In this document: positions 27,638 through 42,030 of the stretch, one piece after another | Layout: each line of letters opens with the position of its first letter | How positions within the stretch are numbered: the first letter of the stretch is position 1 | NCBI GenBank assembly: GCA_964016885.1 | Contig: OZ024743.1 | Location: 91,884,001 to 91,948,000, forward strand | Direction of reading: 5' to 3' | Origin: Eledone cirrhosa | Taxonomy: Eukaryota | DNA: 64,000 bases | The notes under the pieces: model-generated | Database searches by the model: none | What the model was told of the DNA's origin: nothing | Seen by the model: only the letters and a program-made list of their open reading frames with translations | Position numbers and translations under genes: made by a program

Positions 27638-28030
27638 CAAAAACTATACTACCATATATTATCATATACCTAGATAATAAGCAGCTAAGTAGGTTATAAT
27701 AATGGGTATATTTCAGTCTATGTAAGCGGCCTCAGAGAATACATAATGGTAATCTAAGCTCAAATATATGAAAGTGATTACATTACATTACATTACATTA
27801 CATTACATGCGGCATTTGACCCTGAAATGGTTAATAAATCCTATATGTTTCATTGAAGCACATAGGGGCTATATAGAGACGATGTATATACTATTGCATA
27901 GTATTGTATAGTGTTATATAACTTGACAATCACTAAGCTTTGATGATCGATTATGGTCCAACGGTATATATGTATATATATATATATATATGTGTGTATA
28001 TATGTGTGTGTGTTTGTGTGTGTGTGTTTG

Positions 28031-28063
<33 letters not shown>

Positions 28064-28149
28064 TCGTGTACATATATATATATTTATACATAAATGTATC
28101 TATATACTATATAATATACAGGCATATGTGTGTGTATGTGTATATACAC

Positions 28150-28194
<45 letters not shown>

Positions 28195-28428
28195 TATATA
28201 TGTATATATATATGTATATATATATTATATTATATATGTATATATATATGTATATATATATTATATTATATATGTATATATATATGTATATATATATTAT
28301 ATTATATATGTATATATATATATATATAAATATATATATTATATTATATATGTATAGATATATATCATATATATTTATATATATGTATATATATATGTAT
28401 ATATAAATAGTTATATATATACATATAC

Positions 28429-28459
<31 letters not shown>

Positions 28460-28614
28460 ACGAAGGAAATGTGGTAAGGAACCAGGTGGACCATAACGCA
28501 CCAAAGTACTCAATACTTAGGGTAGTAGAGTGGGTAATAGGAACAAGACCCCGACGGCTGAGCTCAAGCCGTGGTCGAAACGGCTTGAGCTCAGCCGTCG
28601 GGGTCTTACTTGTT

Positions 28615-28651
<37 letters not shown>

Positions 28652-28707
28652 CTATTTATATTCAGTATATGCGTGTGTGTGTGTAAATACATACATACAT
28701 ACACATA

Positions 28708-28796
<89 letters not shown>

Positions 28797-29194
28797 ATTT
28801 GTATAATGTGTGTGTGTATACATGAAACAAATACATATACTGTATATCCTGACAATGTTAGATACCTCTATCAGTAAACAATATAAACTCAATACATGTA
28901 ACTGACGTGTTCTCTACTTTCTGTAGAATCTTGTTAGTCGCTATGAGGAATTGTACGTTCAGGTATGTTTATATCCACGTTCTTCCCCTCTATAAAGCTA
29001 GTTGAGCCAACTTTATCCACTATTATCTATAGCAACCCACTGCTATTGCAGTATTTTCGGTATTTGGGGTGGTCACATTTTCACGTTTGCCTATATTTAT
29101 ATTATATATATATATATATATAAGTGTGTGTGTGTTTGTGTGTCACCCCAGTTAAATAAGTACTTAATACATTAGTAGAGTGTAAACATCATTA

Positions 29195-29245
<51 letters not shown>

Positions 29246-29575
29246 GTAATAATAATAAATTTGAAGACTAAAATCCAAAGAGGGCTCGATAAGGATAAAT
29301 ATATATCAAATATATAAGAACCGTAGAGCAAGAACCGTTTAATAAATATGTATATATATATATATGTATGTATGTATATATATGTATATATATATATGTA
29401 TGTATATGTATGTATATATATATATATAAACATATATATTAGAAAGTGAGGTTTTTTTACAAAATGAAAAATAACCGAGGTGTCCTACATGAGTAAAAGT
29501 ATAAAGAAAAAAAGATGAAATCGAAAATGCAACTGGAGTCTTGTTAAAAAAAATATATATATATTTATTTGGTTC

Positions 29576-29611
29576 CTTTACCGGTTTCGCAGTTCTTCTG
29601 CTTTTCAAAAG
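29576..29611 (-). ncRNA. Hammerhead with C3U/G8A core (second copy ~52035-52071 +)
   Basis: CTT-TTGAAAA-GCAG-AAGAA-CTGC-GAAA-CCGG-TA-AAG. Confidence 0.65.
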
Positions 29612-29639
29612 TAGAGTTGAGATGGAGGGTCTGTGATTT

Positions 29640-29684
<45 letters not shown>

Positions 29685-29807
29685 CTCTACATGACTAGAA
29701 CAGTTTCATTCGTATGAAATCATCAGGATGATCAAACGTCACACACACACACACGCGCACACGCACACGCACACGCACACGCACACGCACGCACACACAC
29801 ATATATA

Positions 29808-29843
<36 letters not shown>

Positions 29844-30408
29844 CATATATATATATACATATATATTCATATATATCCATATATATATTCATATAAATGT
29901 GAATGTATTATGTATGTGCGTATGTGCCTATATCTCTGTGTGTGTCTGTATTTGTGTGTGTGTGTATCTATGTGTGTATGTCTGTGTATATGTGTGTATG
30001 TGTATGTCTGTTTATTTTGTGTAATAACACTCCACACCAAAATATAATAATAAGCATAATCCAGGTATTCTCTACGTGAAGACAAAATGCTATCTATGCA
30101 GGTGTTATTACAATGATACTGTTCTATAACTTATTGCCTGCTCGCTGCTATAGTGACACATAGTAATGTTGTGTAGGATGATGTAGGTGGGGGTGGATAC
30201 TCATTATTTTGATTAATGCAACACACAAACATTATCACTAAAACACTAGTTTTAAAGGCGATGCTTTGTCTCCAGAATAAATATCAACCATTGTTATATA
30301 TAACGCTAGACTCACATATATTATTGATATCAAAAATATCATTTACTCCTATGTTTAAACATTTAAGTATAACTAACATTATTTAACTTTGCCCTTCATC
30401 ATTAACAG

Positions 30409-33400
30409 GGCAGTGGATTGGCAGTATCGGTAAAGGGTCGGACGCCATGCCTTGACGCATCGAGTTACGGCCCTTGCCATTCTGAGTTCAAATCCTGCCG
30501 AGGTTAATTTTGCCTTTCATCCTTACGGGGTCGATAAAATAAAGTACCAGTAATACACTGGGTAATTTGCTGGCCTTGTGCCTAACGTAGAAACAATTAT
30601 TTAACTTTGCCTTTCATCCTTACGTGGTCGATAAAATAAAGTACCTGTAATGTACTGGGATAATTGCTGGCCTTGTGCCAAAAGTAGAAACAATTATTAC
30701 TATAACTACCAGTTTTATTATAACTAACATTGTTACTATAACTAACAGTTTTATTATAACTAACATTGTTACTATAACTAACAGTTTTATTATAACTAAC
30801 ACTATTACTATAACTAACAGTTTTATTATAACTAACAATATTACTATAACTAACAGTTTTATTATAACTAACATTGTTACTATAACTAACAGTTTTATTA
30901 TAACTAACAATATTACTATAACTAACAGTTTTATTATAACTAACAATATTACTATAACTAACAGTTTTATTATAACTACCATTGTTACTATAACAAACAG
31001 TTTTATTATAACTAACACTATTACTATAACTAACAGTTTTATTATAACTAACATTGTTACTATAACTAACAGTTTTATTATAACTAACAATATTACTATA
31101 ACTAACAGTTTTATTAGAACTAACATTATTACTATAACTAACAGTTTTATTATAACTAACACTATTACTATAACTAACAGTTTTATTATAACTAACACTA
31201 TTACTATAACTAACAGTTTTATTATAACTAACATTGTTACTATAACTAACAGTTTTATTATAACTAACACTATTACTATAACTAACAGTTTTATTATAAC
31301 TACCATTGTTACTATAACTAACAGTTTTATTATAACTAACACTATTACTATAACTAACAGTTTTATTATAACTAACATTATTACGATAACTAACAGTTTT
31401 ATTATAACTATCATTGTTACTATAACTAACAGTTTTATTTTAACTAACACTATTACTATAACTAACAGTTTTATTATAACTAACATTGTTACTATAACTA
31501 ACAGTTTTATTATAACTAACAATATTACTATAACTAACAGTTTTATTATAACTAACATTATTACTATAACTAACAGTTTTATTATAACTAACATTATTAC
31601 TATAACTAACAGTTTTATTATAACTAACATTGTTACTATAACTAACAGTTTTATTATAACTAACATTATTACTATAACTAACAGTTTTATTATAACTACC
31701 ATTATTACCATTATAAGTAACATTATTACAATAACTAAGAGCACTGGATTGGCAGTATCGGTAGAGTGTTGGACGCCATGCTTTGACGCATAGAGTTACA
31801 GCCCTTGCCATTCTGAGTTCAAATCCCGCCGAGGTTAACTTTGCCTTTCATCCTTACGGGGTCGATAAAATAAATGACCAGTAATGTACTAGGTAATTAC
31901 TGGCCTTGTGTCAAAAAGTAGAAACAATTATTACTATAACTAACAGTTTTATTATAACTACCATTATTACTATAACTAACAATTTTATTATAGCTAACAT
32001 TATTATTATAGCTGTAATGTTAATCGATGGCTTGTGAAGAGAATAAATATTAACCACTATTATCGGTGGATTGGCAGTATCGGTAGAGGGTCGGACGCCA
32101 TGCTTTCCAGCATAGTTACGTCCCTTTACGATCTGAGTTCAAATCCCGCCGAGGTTGACTTTGCCTTTCATCCTTACGGGGTCGATAAAATAAAGTACCA
32201 GTAATGCACTGGATAATTGCTGGCCTTGTGCCTAAAGTAGAAACAATTATATGTAAGTCTAGGCATTCAAATATTATTACCATAAAAAATTATTCACTTC
32301 TATGTTTAAACATTTTTAGTGTAAAAACCCTTTTTACTATAACTAACAGTATTACTATAACTAACATTATTATTATAACTAACTTTATAATATGAGGAGA
32401 ATAATATTTACTCATTGTTATATGTAAGGCTAGTCACATATTATTACCATAAAAATATTATTTACTCCTATGTTTAATCATTTTTAATGTAACAAACCTT
32501 TTTACTATAAATAACATTAATATTATTTTAAATAATATTTACTACCATAATAATGTTAACCGAAGGATTGTGAGGAGAATAAGTATTATTCACTGTTATA
32601 ATTAAAGTAGCACATAAACCTTATTACTATAACAGTATATATTATTATAATAGTATATTATTACTTTAACATTATATATTATTACTATAACAGTAGATGT
32701 TACTATAACAATATAGTTAAACGGGAGATTGTGTTGCATATCAATATTATTTCTAAGTCAAAGTAATACAAGCATTATTATCAGGTGGATTGGCAGTATC
32801 GGTAGAGGGTCGGACGCCATGCTTTGACGCATGGAATTACGGCCCTTGCCATTCTGGGTTCAAATCCCGCCGAGGGTAACTTTGCTTTTCATCCTTACGG
32901 GGTCGATAAAATAAAGTACCAGTAATGTACTGAGTAACTGCTGGCCTTGTGCCAAAAGTAGAAACAATTATTACCATAATAGTAGAGTTATGCGGGTGAT
33001 TGAGAAAAAATGGATATTTTTCATTATAATGATGAAAGTAATGTACAAACATCATTACCATAATAATAGTTTTAGTGGGTGTGGGTATTGTGTACACAGT
33101 GGTTATTACTGTAACAATAAGTAAGGGAGGGGTGTGAAGAGAATGAATATTTTTTATTTTTTATTAAAGTAACATACAAACATTATTAGTGTAACAACGG
33201 CGGTGAATTGGCAGTATCGGTAGAGAGTCGGACGCCATGCTTTCCAGCATAGTTACGTCCCTTTACGATCTGAGTTCAAATCCCACCGAGGTTAACTTTG
33301 CCTTTCATCCTTACGGGGTCGATAAAATAAAGTACCAGTAATGTACTGGGTATTTGCTGGCCTTGTGTCTAAAGTAGAAACAATTATTAGTGTAACAAGA

Positions 33401-34850
33401 GCGTTAAGCGGGGATTGGGTAGAAGATAAAAATTATTTAGAGTTATGTTTAAAGTAAGATATAAACATTATCATTATAACCGTAAAGTTAAGCAAGGTGT
33501 AAAAGATAGGTATTATTATGTAAAAGGTATTATTCACTATTAGGATGATAAGACACACACTTTGTCTTTCATCCTTACGGAGTCGATAAAATAAAGTACC
33601 AGTCAAGCACTGGGGTCGATTTAATTGACTTTCCCCTACCCCAAAAATTGATGGCATTGTGCCTATATAAGAAACCATTATTATAGCAGTTGGGTTAAGG
33701 GGATGGTGATTGTGAAGAGAATAAATATTATTGAGTTACATACAAGCATTATTGGCAGTGTTGGCAGAGTGTCGAACAACATGCTTTGTCATATAAAGTT
33801 ACGGCCCTTTGCGTTCTGAGTTCAAATCACGCCGAGGTTAGCTTTGGCTTTCATTCTTACAAAGTCGATAAAATAAAGTAGCAGTAATGTACTGGGGTCG
33901 ATTTAATTGACTTACCCCTCCCCTAAAATTGTTGGCCTTGTGCATAAATCAGAAACCTGGCAGTATCGGTAGAGGGTCGGACGCCACGCTTTGCAGCACA
34001 GTTACGTCCCTTTACGATCTGAGTTCAAATCCCGCCGAGGTTGACTTTGCTTTCATCCTTACGGGGTGGATAAAATAAAGTACCAGTAATGCACTGGGTA
34101 ATTGCTGGTCTTGTGCCTAAAGTAGAAACAATTATTTAAACAACGCAAAACCATTATTCTCATCACTGTAACATTAAGGGGTTGATTGTGAAGAGTAGGA
34201 ACTATAAACATTGTAAAAGTAATATACACACATTATTATAGGATTGCCAGAATCGGTAGAGCGTTGGACACCCTGCTTCGCAGCAAATAGTTACGTCCCT
34301 TTATTTTCTGAGTTCAAATCCCGCCAAGGTTAACTTTGCCTTTCATCCTTACGGGGTCAATAAAATAAAGTACCAGTAATGTACTGGGTAATTGCTGGCC
34401 TTGTGCCTAAAATAGAAACAATTATTACTATATCAGTAAAGATAAGCGATGGATTGTGAAGAGAATAAATAATTGTTTCTACTATTGGCACAAGGCCAGC
34501 AATTTCCAGTGTATTACTGGTACTTTATTTCATCGACCCTGTAACGATGAAAGGCAAGGTTAACCTCGGCGGGATTTGAACTCATTTAGTGTAATGACTA
34601 AATTAAGACAAAGACGTTCTGATTTCAAATCCCGCCAAGGTCAACTTTACCTTACACCCGGGGTCAGGAAAATAAAGTACCAGTCATATACTGGGAGGGA
34701 TATGATCAACTTTCCCCTTCCCCCAAGTTACTGACCTGTGCCAATATTAGAAAGAAAGAATTATTATATCTTGCCGAGGTCAACTTTGCCTTTCATCCGT
34801 TTGTGTTCGATAAAATAGAAGTAACAGTCACAAGCTAGGTCAATTTAATC
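30409..34850 (+). mobile_element. Dense cluster of about 13 SINE copies or fragments, nearly all on +
   Basis: Copies start near 30410, 30600, 31743, 32065, 32784, 33198, 33558, 33750, 33958, 34240, 34616 and 34772. One copy is on - (34470-34583). Confidence 0.9.
30694..31735. repeat. 36-bp (2x18) minisatellite, ~29 units
   Basis: Unit actataactaacagttttattataactaacattgtt and variants. Confidence 0.95.
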
Positions 34851-34869
34851 GAATCCACCCCCACCCCCC

Positions 34870-35413
34870 GACAATGACGATAACAACGTCAATGACGATA
34901 ACAACGTCAATGACGATAACAACGTCAATGACGATAACAACGACAATGACGATAACAACGTCAATGACAATAACAACGTCAATGACGACAACAATGTCAA
35001 TGACGATAACAACGTCAATGACGATAACAACGTCAATGACGATAACAACGTCAATGACTACAACAACGTCAATGACGATAACAACGACAATGACGATAAC
35101 AACGTCAATGACGATAACAACGTCAATGACGATAACAACGTCAATGACGATAACAACGACAATGACGACAACAACGACAATGACGACAACAACGACAATG
35201 ACGATAACAACGACAATGACGATAACAACGTCAATGACGATAACAACGTCAATGACGATAACAACGTCAATGACGATAACAACGTCAATGACGATAACAA
35301 CGTCAATGACGATAACAACGACAATGACGATAACAACGTCAATGACGATAACAACGTCAATGACGATAACAACGACAATGACGATAACAACGTCAATGAC
35401 GACAACAATGTCA
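34870..35413. repeat. 18-bp minisatellite (AATGACGATAACAACGTC)n, truncated by the gap
   Basis: About 30 units read directly. Confidence 0.95.
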
Positions 35414-35613
35414 NNNNNNNNNNNNNNNNNNNNNNNNNNNNNNNNNNNNNNNNNNNNNNNNNNNNNNNNNNNNNNNNNNNNNNNNNNNNNNNNNNNNNNN
35501 NNNNNNNNNNNNNNNNNNNNNNNNNNNNNNNNNNNNNNNNNNNNNNNNNNNNNNNNNNNNNNNNNNNNNNNNNNNNNNNNNNNNNNNNNNNNNNNNNNNN
35601 NNNNNNNNNNNNN
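35414..35613. other. Assembly gap (200 N)
   Basis: Run of n. Confidence 1.
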
Positions 35614-36123
35614 AGAGAAGGGAAGAAATAGAGAAGAGAGAGAGGAAAAGAGATAGGGGAAAAGAGAGAGGAGTAAGACAAAGAGAGGAGAAGAGAGAGA
35701 GTAAAAGAGAGAGGGGAAGAGAGAGAGGGGTAAGACAAAGAGAAGGGAAGAAAGAGGGGAGAAGAGAGAGGGGAAAGAGAGAGGAGTAAGACAAAGAGAG
35801 GAGAAGAGAGAGAGAGAAGAGAGAGAGGGGAAATGGAGAGGGGAAGAGAGAGAGAGGGGTAAGACAAAGAGAAGGGAAGAAAGGGAGGAGAAAAGAGAGA
35901 GGGAGAGGGGAAGAGAGAGAAAGAGAAGAAGAGAGAGATTAAGAGAGAGAGGGGAAGAGAGAGAGGGGAAGAGAGAGAGGGGATAGAGGAAGAGAAGGGA
36001 AGAAAGAGAGGAGAAGAGAGGGAGGAAGAAAGAGAGAAGAGAGAGAGGAAGAGAGAGAGGAGATAGAGAAAGGGGTGAAAGAGAAGGAGAGGGAAGAAAG
36101 AGAGGGGAAAGAGAGAGGAAGAA
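35614..36123. repeat. GA-rich polypurine low-complexity tract
   Basis: Almost pure A/G with recurring gtaagacaaagag. Confidence 0.9.
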
Positions 36124-36485
36124 CTTATGCTTGTGTGTACGTATATGTGTGTAAAATTGTGTTTGTGTGTGTAATTGAAGGGATGGCATGTACGTGAGTG
36201 TATGTGTGTGTGTTCGTGTATGTTTGTTTATATGTGTGTGTGTCATTGTGAGTGGAAATGTGTTTGTGTTTATGTGTATTTGTGCGTGTTTGTGTATGTG
36301 TGTCTGTTATTGAGTGTAAGTGTATGTGAAAATGTATGCGTATCTACATGTCTGTGTGTGTGTATATATATGTATGTGTGTGAGCTCGTAAGCATTCGTT
36401 TGCGTGCTACTTACGATAAATGCCTGCTTATTTTTTTTTCCTTACCTGTAATTGCTCCCATTTATAAATAATTTTTCATCAACAT

Positions 36486-36541
<56 letters not shown>

Positions 36542-36576
36542 TAGCTGCTACTGTTACTACTACTACTACTACTACT

Positions 36577-36617
<41 letters not shown>

Positions 36618-36763
36618 TCACTGACTCAATTGAGATCTAAATCACCACTACTACTAAAACTTCTATAAAATGAATAGCAATAATTGATGATGATGATGAT
36701 GATGATGACGATGGTTATACATGCACGTGGATATATGGAGTTTGTGGTAACCTTACAGGTTCA

Positions 36764-36805
<42 letters not shown>

Positions 36806-36820
36806 TTTTAAATCTAGATG

Positions 36821-36871
36821 AGATTCTACAGGACTAGAACTGTTTCATTCTTTAGAAATCATCAGGAATCT
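36821..36871 (-). ncRNA. Family B type-I hammerhead (also ~29683-29728 -, 52267-52311 +)
   Basis: AGATTC-CTGATGA-TTTCTAAAGAAT-GAAA-CAG-TTCTAGTC-CTG-TA-GAATCT. Stems I and III are perfect; U.U at 10.1/11.1. Confidence 0.8.
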
Positions 36872-37046
36872 GGCTTTCCAAAAATAAATGTAGTGGTATT
36901 TATATCTTTCAGGTGGTAGGAGAGGGTGGGGAGTGGGATGGGTGGAGGCGATTGGTTGAAAGAAAAGGGAATTCATTAAAAGCTAATTCTTTATGTATTG
37001 AGTACCTTACTTACTGTGGTTACCTCCCATTCAACCCGGAATAACT

Positions 37047-37078
<32 letters not shown>

Positions 37079-37351
37079 ACGAAGGAAGTGTCGTAAGGAG
37101 CCAGGTGGACCATAACGCACCAGAGTACTCGATACTTTGGGTAGTAGGGTGGGTAATAGGAAAAGGTTCAGGACCCCGACGGCAGAGCTCAAGCCGTTTC
37201 GACGGCTATTTCTGAAGTAGCCGTCGAAACGGCTTGAGCTCTGCCGTCGGGGTCCTGAACCTTTTCCTATATATATATATATATTCATTTTATTAAGGCT
37301 AAATAATGAGTCTTGTTACTCTGGAGTTTAGCCTGTGTATCACAGGTCATT

Positions 37352-37397
37352 TTGTCTGATGAGCCTGTGATAAACAGGCGAAACTCCAGAGTAACAA
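37352..37397 (+). ncRNA. Canonical minimal type-I hammerhead inside foldback 37302-37408
   Basis: TTGT-CTGATGA-GCCTGT-GATAA-ACAGGC-GAAA-CTC-CA-GAG-TA-ACAA. Predicted cleavage after A37393. Confidence 0.88.
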
Positions 37398-39057
37398 GTC
37401 TCATTATTGAGGCTTATATTTATATATATATATAACCTTACTTCGTTTTCCTGCAGAATATATTCTTGGAATAAATTCCTTAGAAGAAGGGAAAGAATCT
37501 ATTTTGGTTAATAATGATAAATAAATAAAGCATTGTGAGCCACAAGTGTTTGCACATAAAATAATGTAAAGGCCCCTTAACTCTGTCATAGGGGCGCCGT
37601 CCTAACATACGGCATAACTTGGACATTTTAAAGTTGGTGTAACTCATCAGTTTCCGGGTTACACCAACTTTAATATCGGCTCCAGAAGGATGAATGGCTA
37701 AACTGACCTCGGCGGGATTTGAACTGAGAACATAAAGAGCCAAAGCAGATACTGCGAACCGTTTTGTCCGATGCCCAAACGATTCGGCCAGACCACTGCC
37801 GTCTTTTTTTGGTTAATCATAATCATTTTTTTTTTTTTTAAGAGAGAAGGGAAGAATCAACCTCAGTATTGGACTGGTATTTTATTTATAGACCTTTAAA
37901 GGTAAAGTTGACCTTGGCGTGATTTGAAGTCAGATTACAATAAATAACACAAGATATAATATAAAACGTAAACACATTTAGGTTTGCCCACCCATAAAGG
38001 GATGGAACCATCCAGTTAAGTCGTGTCAGAACACCTACACACACGCATATTTCTGCTTGCTCACTACAGATTATATATTTCCTAGGGATCACTGAAATCC
38101 CGCGTAAACATTTTTACGGTGGATTCATCAATAATTGTTTCTACTTTTAGTACAAGTCCAACAATTACCCAGTGTATTACTGGTACTTTATTTTATCGAC
38201 TCCGTAAGGATGAAAAGCAAAGTTAACCTCGGCGGGATTTGAACTCAGAATAGCAAGGGCCGTAACTCTATGCGTCAAAGCATGGCGTCCGACCCTCTAC
38301 CGATACTGCCAATCCACCATCAATAATAGCAATGTACATGTATCGAGCAATGGCGTTAGTTGAAGTGAATTCCGTACAAGCTGCAAATGACTCTTTGATC
38401 TGGCTCCCCTTCTCAACAAACCTCTATAGTTACTATGCATATGTCATACAACAAGTTAAAGATCAATAAAAGGATTTATATCTTCTGTATAGAACTACTT
38501 TGTTTTTCTTAAAAGTTCATCTATTTGAAGGAGAGGGGAAAGTCGATTAAATCGACCCCAGAGCATTACTGGTACTTTATTTTATCGGCCCCGTAAGGAT
38601 GAACGCCAAAGCTAATCTCGGCGGAATTTGAACTCAGAACGTAAAGGGCAGTAACACTATGCTGCAAAGCATGGTGTTCGACGCTTAACAAATACCGCCA
38701 ATCCGCCGCCCATTTCTACATTAGACATAAAGCCAGCAATTTGGTGGCATGGAGAGAGCCGATTATATCTACCTCAATTCTGTACTGGTTCTTTATTGGC
38801 CCCGGAAGGATGAAATGCCTAGTTCACCTCGGCGGGATTTGAACTCAGAACATAAAGAACCAAAGCAAATACTGCGAATAGTTTTGTCCGATGTTCAAAC
38901 GATTCGGCCAGACCACTGCCGTCTTTTTTTTTTGGGGGGGGGGGGATTAATCATAATCATTTATGAAAGAAATATACAACTACTAATATACAACTATAAC
39001 ACAGACGCACACACATATACACACACACACACATTTGTATATATATATATATATATA

Positions 39058-39245
39058 CAAACATAAATTATCGAGATTCGCATTCCGGCCCACGAAATAA
39101 CGAAAAACAACCTCCGAGATGTGAGGCAAGTGCTCAATGATTCAGATGAACCAGAGCTATAACAAACGTTAAAGGCCAAACACACTGAGACGATGGTTAA
39201 ACAATCATTCGCATAGCCAAAAAAACGATCAAGTAATTCGGGTAT
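39058..39245. mobile_element. Dispersed (TA)n-embedded family (also 8455-8543 and, inverted, 52372-52573)
   Basis: Shared gcgaaaaa-caac(t/c)tccgagatgtg.ggcaag(c/t)gctc block in three diverged copies. Confidence 0.65.
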
Positions 39246-39265
39246 ATATATATATATATATATAA

Positions 39266-39343
<78 letters not shown>

Positions 39344-41901
39344 ATAATGCAAACGAAGAACAGAGAACTCCAGAGTCATCAGCCGTTGAGTGGACTTTCG
39401 CAGTTTCGAGACCCCTACTAATGGTACTGCTAGTCCAGGGTCACAGCGTCTGACACGAGCCAAACACTGTCCAGTGGAATAAGAGACGAGGAACAAAACA
39501 TTATGAAAAATGATAAGAAGGACTTTTCTGACGAACATTTACAAACAGTTTCCATGCATTCGATCATTAAAATATAAAAAAAATAATCATTAGAAAAGTC
39601 ATTTTTATCATTTTTCAAAGATATACCACTGTGCCAAGGGTTTTTTTTTTAATTTCTACTACTACATGCACCGTTACATTCACACAACCACCTCCAATTT
39701 GTTGAGGTAATCTGTCAGATCTTTACAATCTCTTAATGATTTTTACTAATGAATCTCACAAAACATTCTAGATATATATATCTGTATCTATATGTACAAC
39801 CGTGTATGTGTGTGTGCATGTTTGCCCTTCATGCGTGTATCTGTGTGTTTTGATTTATATATATGTGTGTAGATATGTGTATGATTGTATTTATATATGT
39901 GTGTAAATGTACGTATGCTTCGCTAAACTTCTGGAATATTTTACATTAATTACGTTCCATTAATGAATTCTAGCTGTAATTTCCTAATTAGCTATGTTCT
40001 TTCTGGTTCTGAGAAAGCCCAGTACCTCATGATTGGCACTGAGTTCGTTAGTTTCATAACCAATAATTACAGGTATATATATATAAAGCTATGTTCAGGA
40101 GGATATAACTGCATATTCATCATTATTTCGGCATAGATGTTTTCATGTTCACTAATCTTTACCATTATATTAACATCTACTGACAACTAATTTCCATTAC
40201 TTATGTCTTGTCTTTGAAGACCTGTGGTTTATAGTTAAGGTGTTCAGCTCCCGATTCTAATGTCATGAGTTCGAGTCCCTACGATGCGTTGTGGCCTTGA
40301 ACAAGATATTTTACTTATCGTTGTAACAGCTGGCAAAAATGTGTTGTATCCATAATCCAATGAGCTTCTCATATCATATCCTATGTAATGCTGAATCTCC
40401 CCGAAAATAACGTGTCTGTGGGAAATGCTCAACCACTTACACGTTATTTCATGAGTAGGCAATTCCATTGATCAAACCAACATGGAACACTCGCCATCTA
40501 TCTTGTCTGCTTATATATTATTCAGGTCAAGATAGCCACATTCTATCAGAATTCATCCATTTTATGAGTAATGGTTTCTGATTTGGGCATAAAGCCAACA
40601 ATTTGGGGAAGGGGAGTCTATTAAATTAACCCAGTGCATTACTGGTACTTTATTTTATCGACCCCGTAAGGATGAAAGACAAAGTTAACCTCAGCAATAT
40701 TTGAACTCACAACGTAACTCTATGCCGCGAAGCATCTTGTCCGATGCTCATCCATTTTGTGAGAAACTCCCTCTACACTGTAATTTCTTGTATTTTTATC
40801 ATCAAAATTATCCTTCTTACAGATGTTTTGGATCCGACTTTGAGCCCTTATAAGGAGAAAATATAAGGATGACATTTTCGTACAGCGGTTTCTGATGTGG
40901 GTGACATCTTTTAATGTTAATTCTACAGAGTCTGACTCATTTGTCGCATCTATGTGTTTTACCTGCATCCTTATCCCTTTAGTGAATAAATTAGTGCGTT
41001 CTTATTTCTTGTTGCTGGATTGCAAAAGCACATCCTGTGATATAAGTGCTAATATTCCAGTCGCTGGTTCAAGATAGACGACTTTCGTTAGCTATGTTTC
41101 TATTTTACTGCCACGTTGAAGTATTCTGGATATATAACAAAGCATAACCTTCTGCTGATATGCACGTATCTTTTTCTCTTTAACAACTTGTTGTAGTAGA
41201 GTTATGTAACGACTCTAGGCTATCTGTAGCCATGGTTATCTGTCACGTAGTTATTCTCCAGAAGCTCTTTCCAACCCTCGTGATATTATTTACGTCATGT
41301 ATGAGTCGTTAGAACGTCGGATATAATGTTTTATGGTATTAGTTCCAGCTCTCTGCTCTCTGAGTTCAAATCCCACCAAGGTCAACTTTGCCTTTTATAC
41401 ATCGCGGTCGATAAAAAAATACCAGTCTAGTACTGGGGTCGATTCTTCCTCTATATCTCTTTCTCATTTCCTCTCTCTCATTTTCTATCTTTCTCTGGAA
41501 GAAATCTGCTGTACCCAGGCCTGGAGAGGGATGGGCTCCGCCAGGTTTAAAATGCCCAAGAAACGCCATATGTCACTACAGTGCCCCTACAACTATCTCA
41601 TGAGTTACGGGACCATATATAGATATATACTTAATCTATGGAGTTCGGAATTTAGTGACAGTCTGAGACAAGGCTAACACTTTCAATTAAAAGTATTCTT
41701 TTTTTTTCAGTCGAGTGAATTGGAGCAGCGTGAAATAAAGTGTCTTGCTCAAGGACATAGGGTGACGCCGGCGATCAAACTCACAACCACACAATCGTGA
41801 ACTGAATATGCTGAGTTAAATTGAAAAATCATATGAAATATACTGTAAAAAGTATGACATAAATGAAGCCAATATGTTCATATTTAATCACAGAAATATA
41901 T

Positions 41902-41932
<31 letters not shown>

Positions 41933-42030
41933 GCATGCATTTGTGTGTGTCCGTTTGTGTGTGAGGAAATGTTGGTGTTGTTTCATAATGGTCCTCCTCT
42001 TATTGATATCATATTTATCATACTGATCTT

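Noticed and set aside
30409-30600. tRNA genes
   Set aside because: The A/B boxes belong to SINE heads. No complete cloverleaf or oligo-T terminator.
30620-31793. 372-374-aa repetitive ORFs
   Set aside because: Artefact of a stop-free 36-bp minisatellite. The ends lie in SINE sequence.
40745-41300. Possible LINE RT remnant on - (KGSKSDP)
   Set aside because: One short motif amid stops, which is insufficient.
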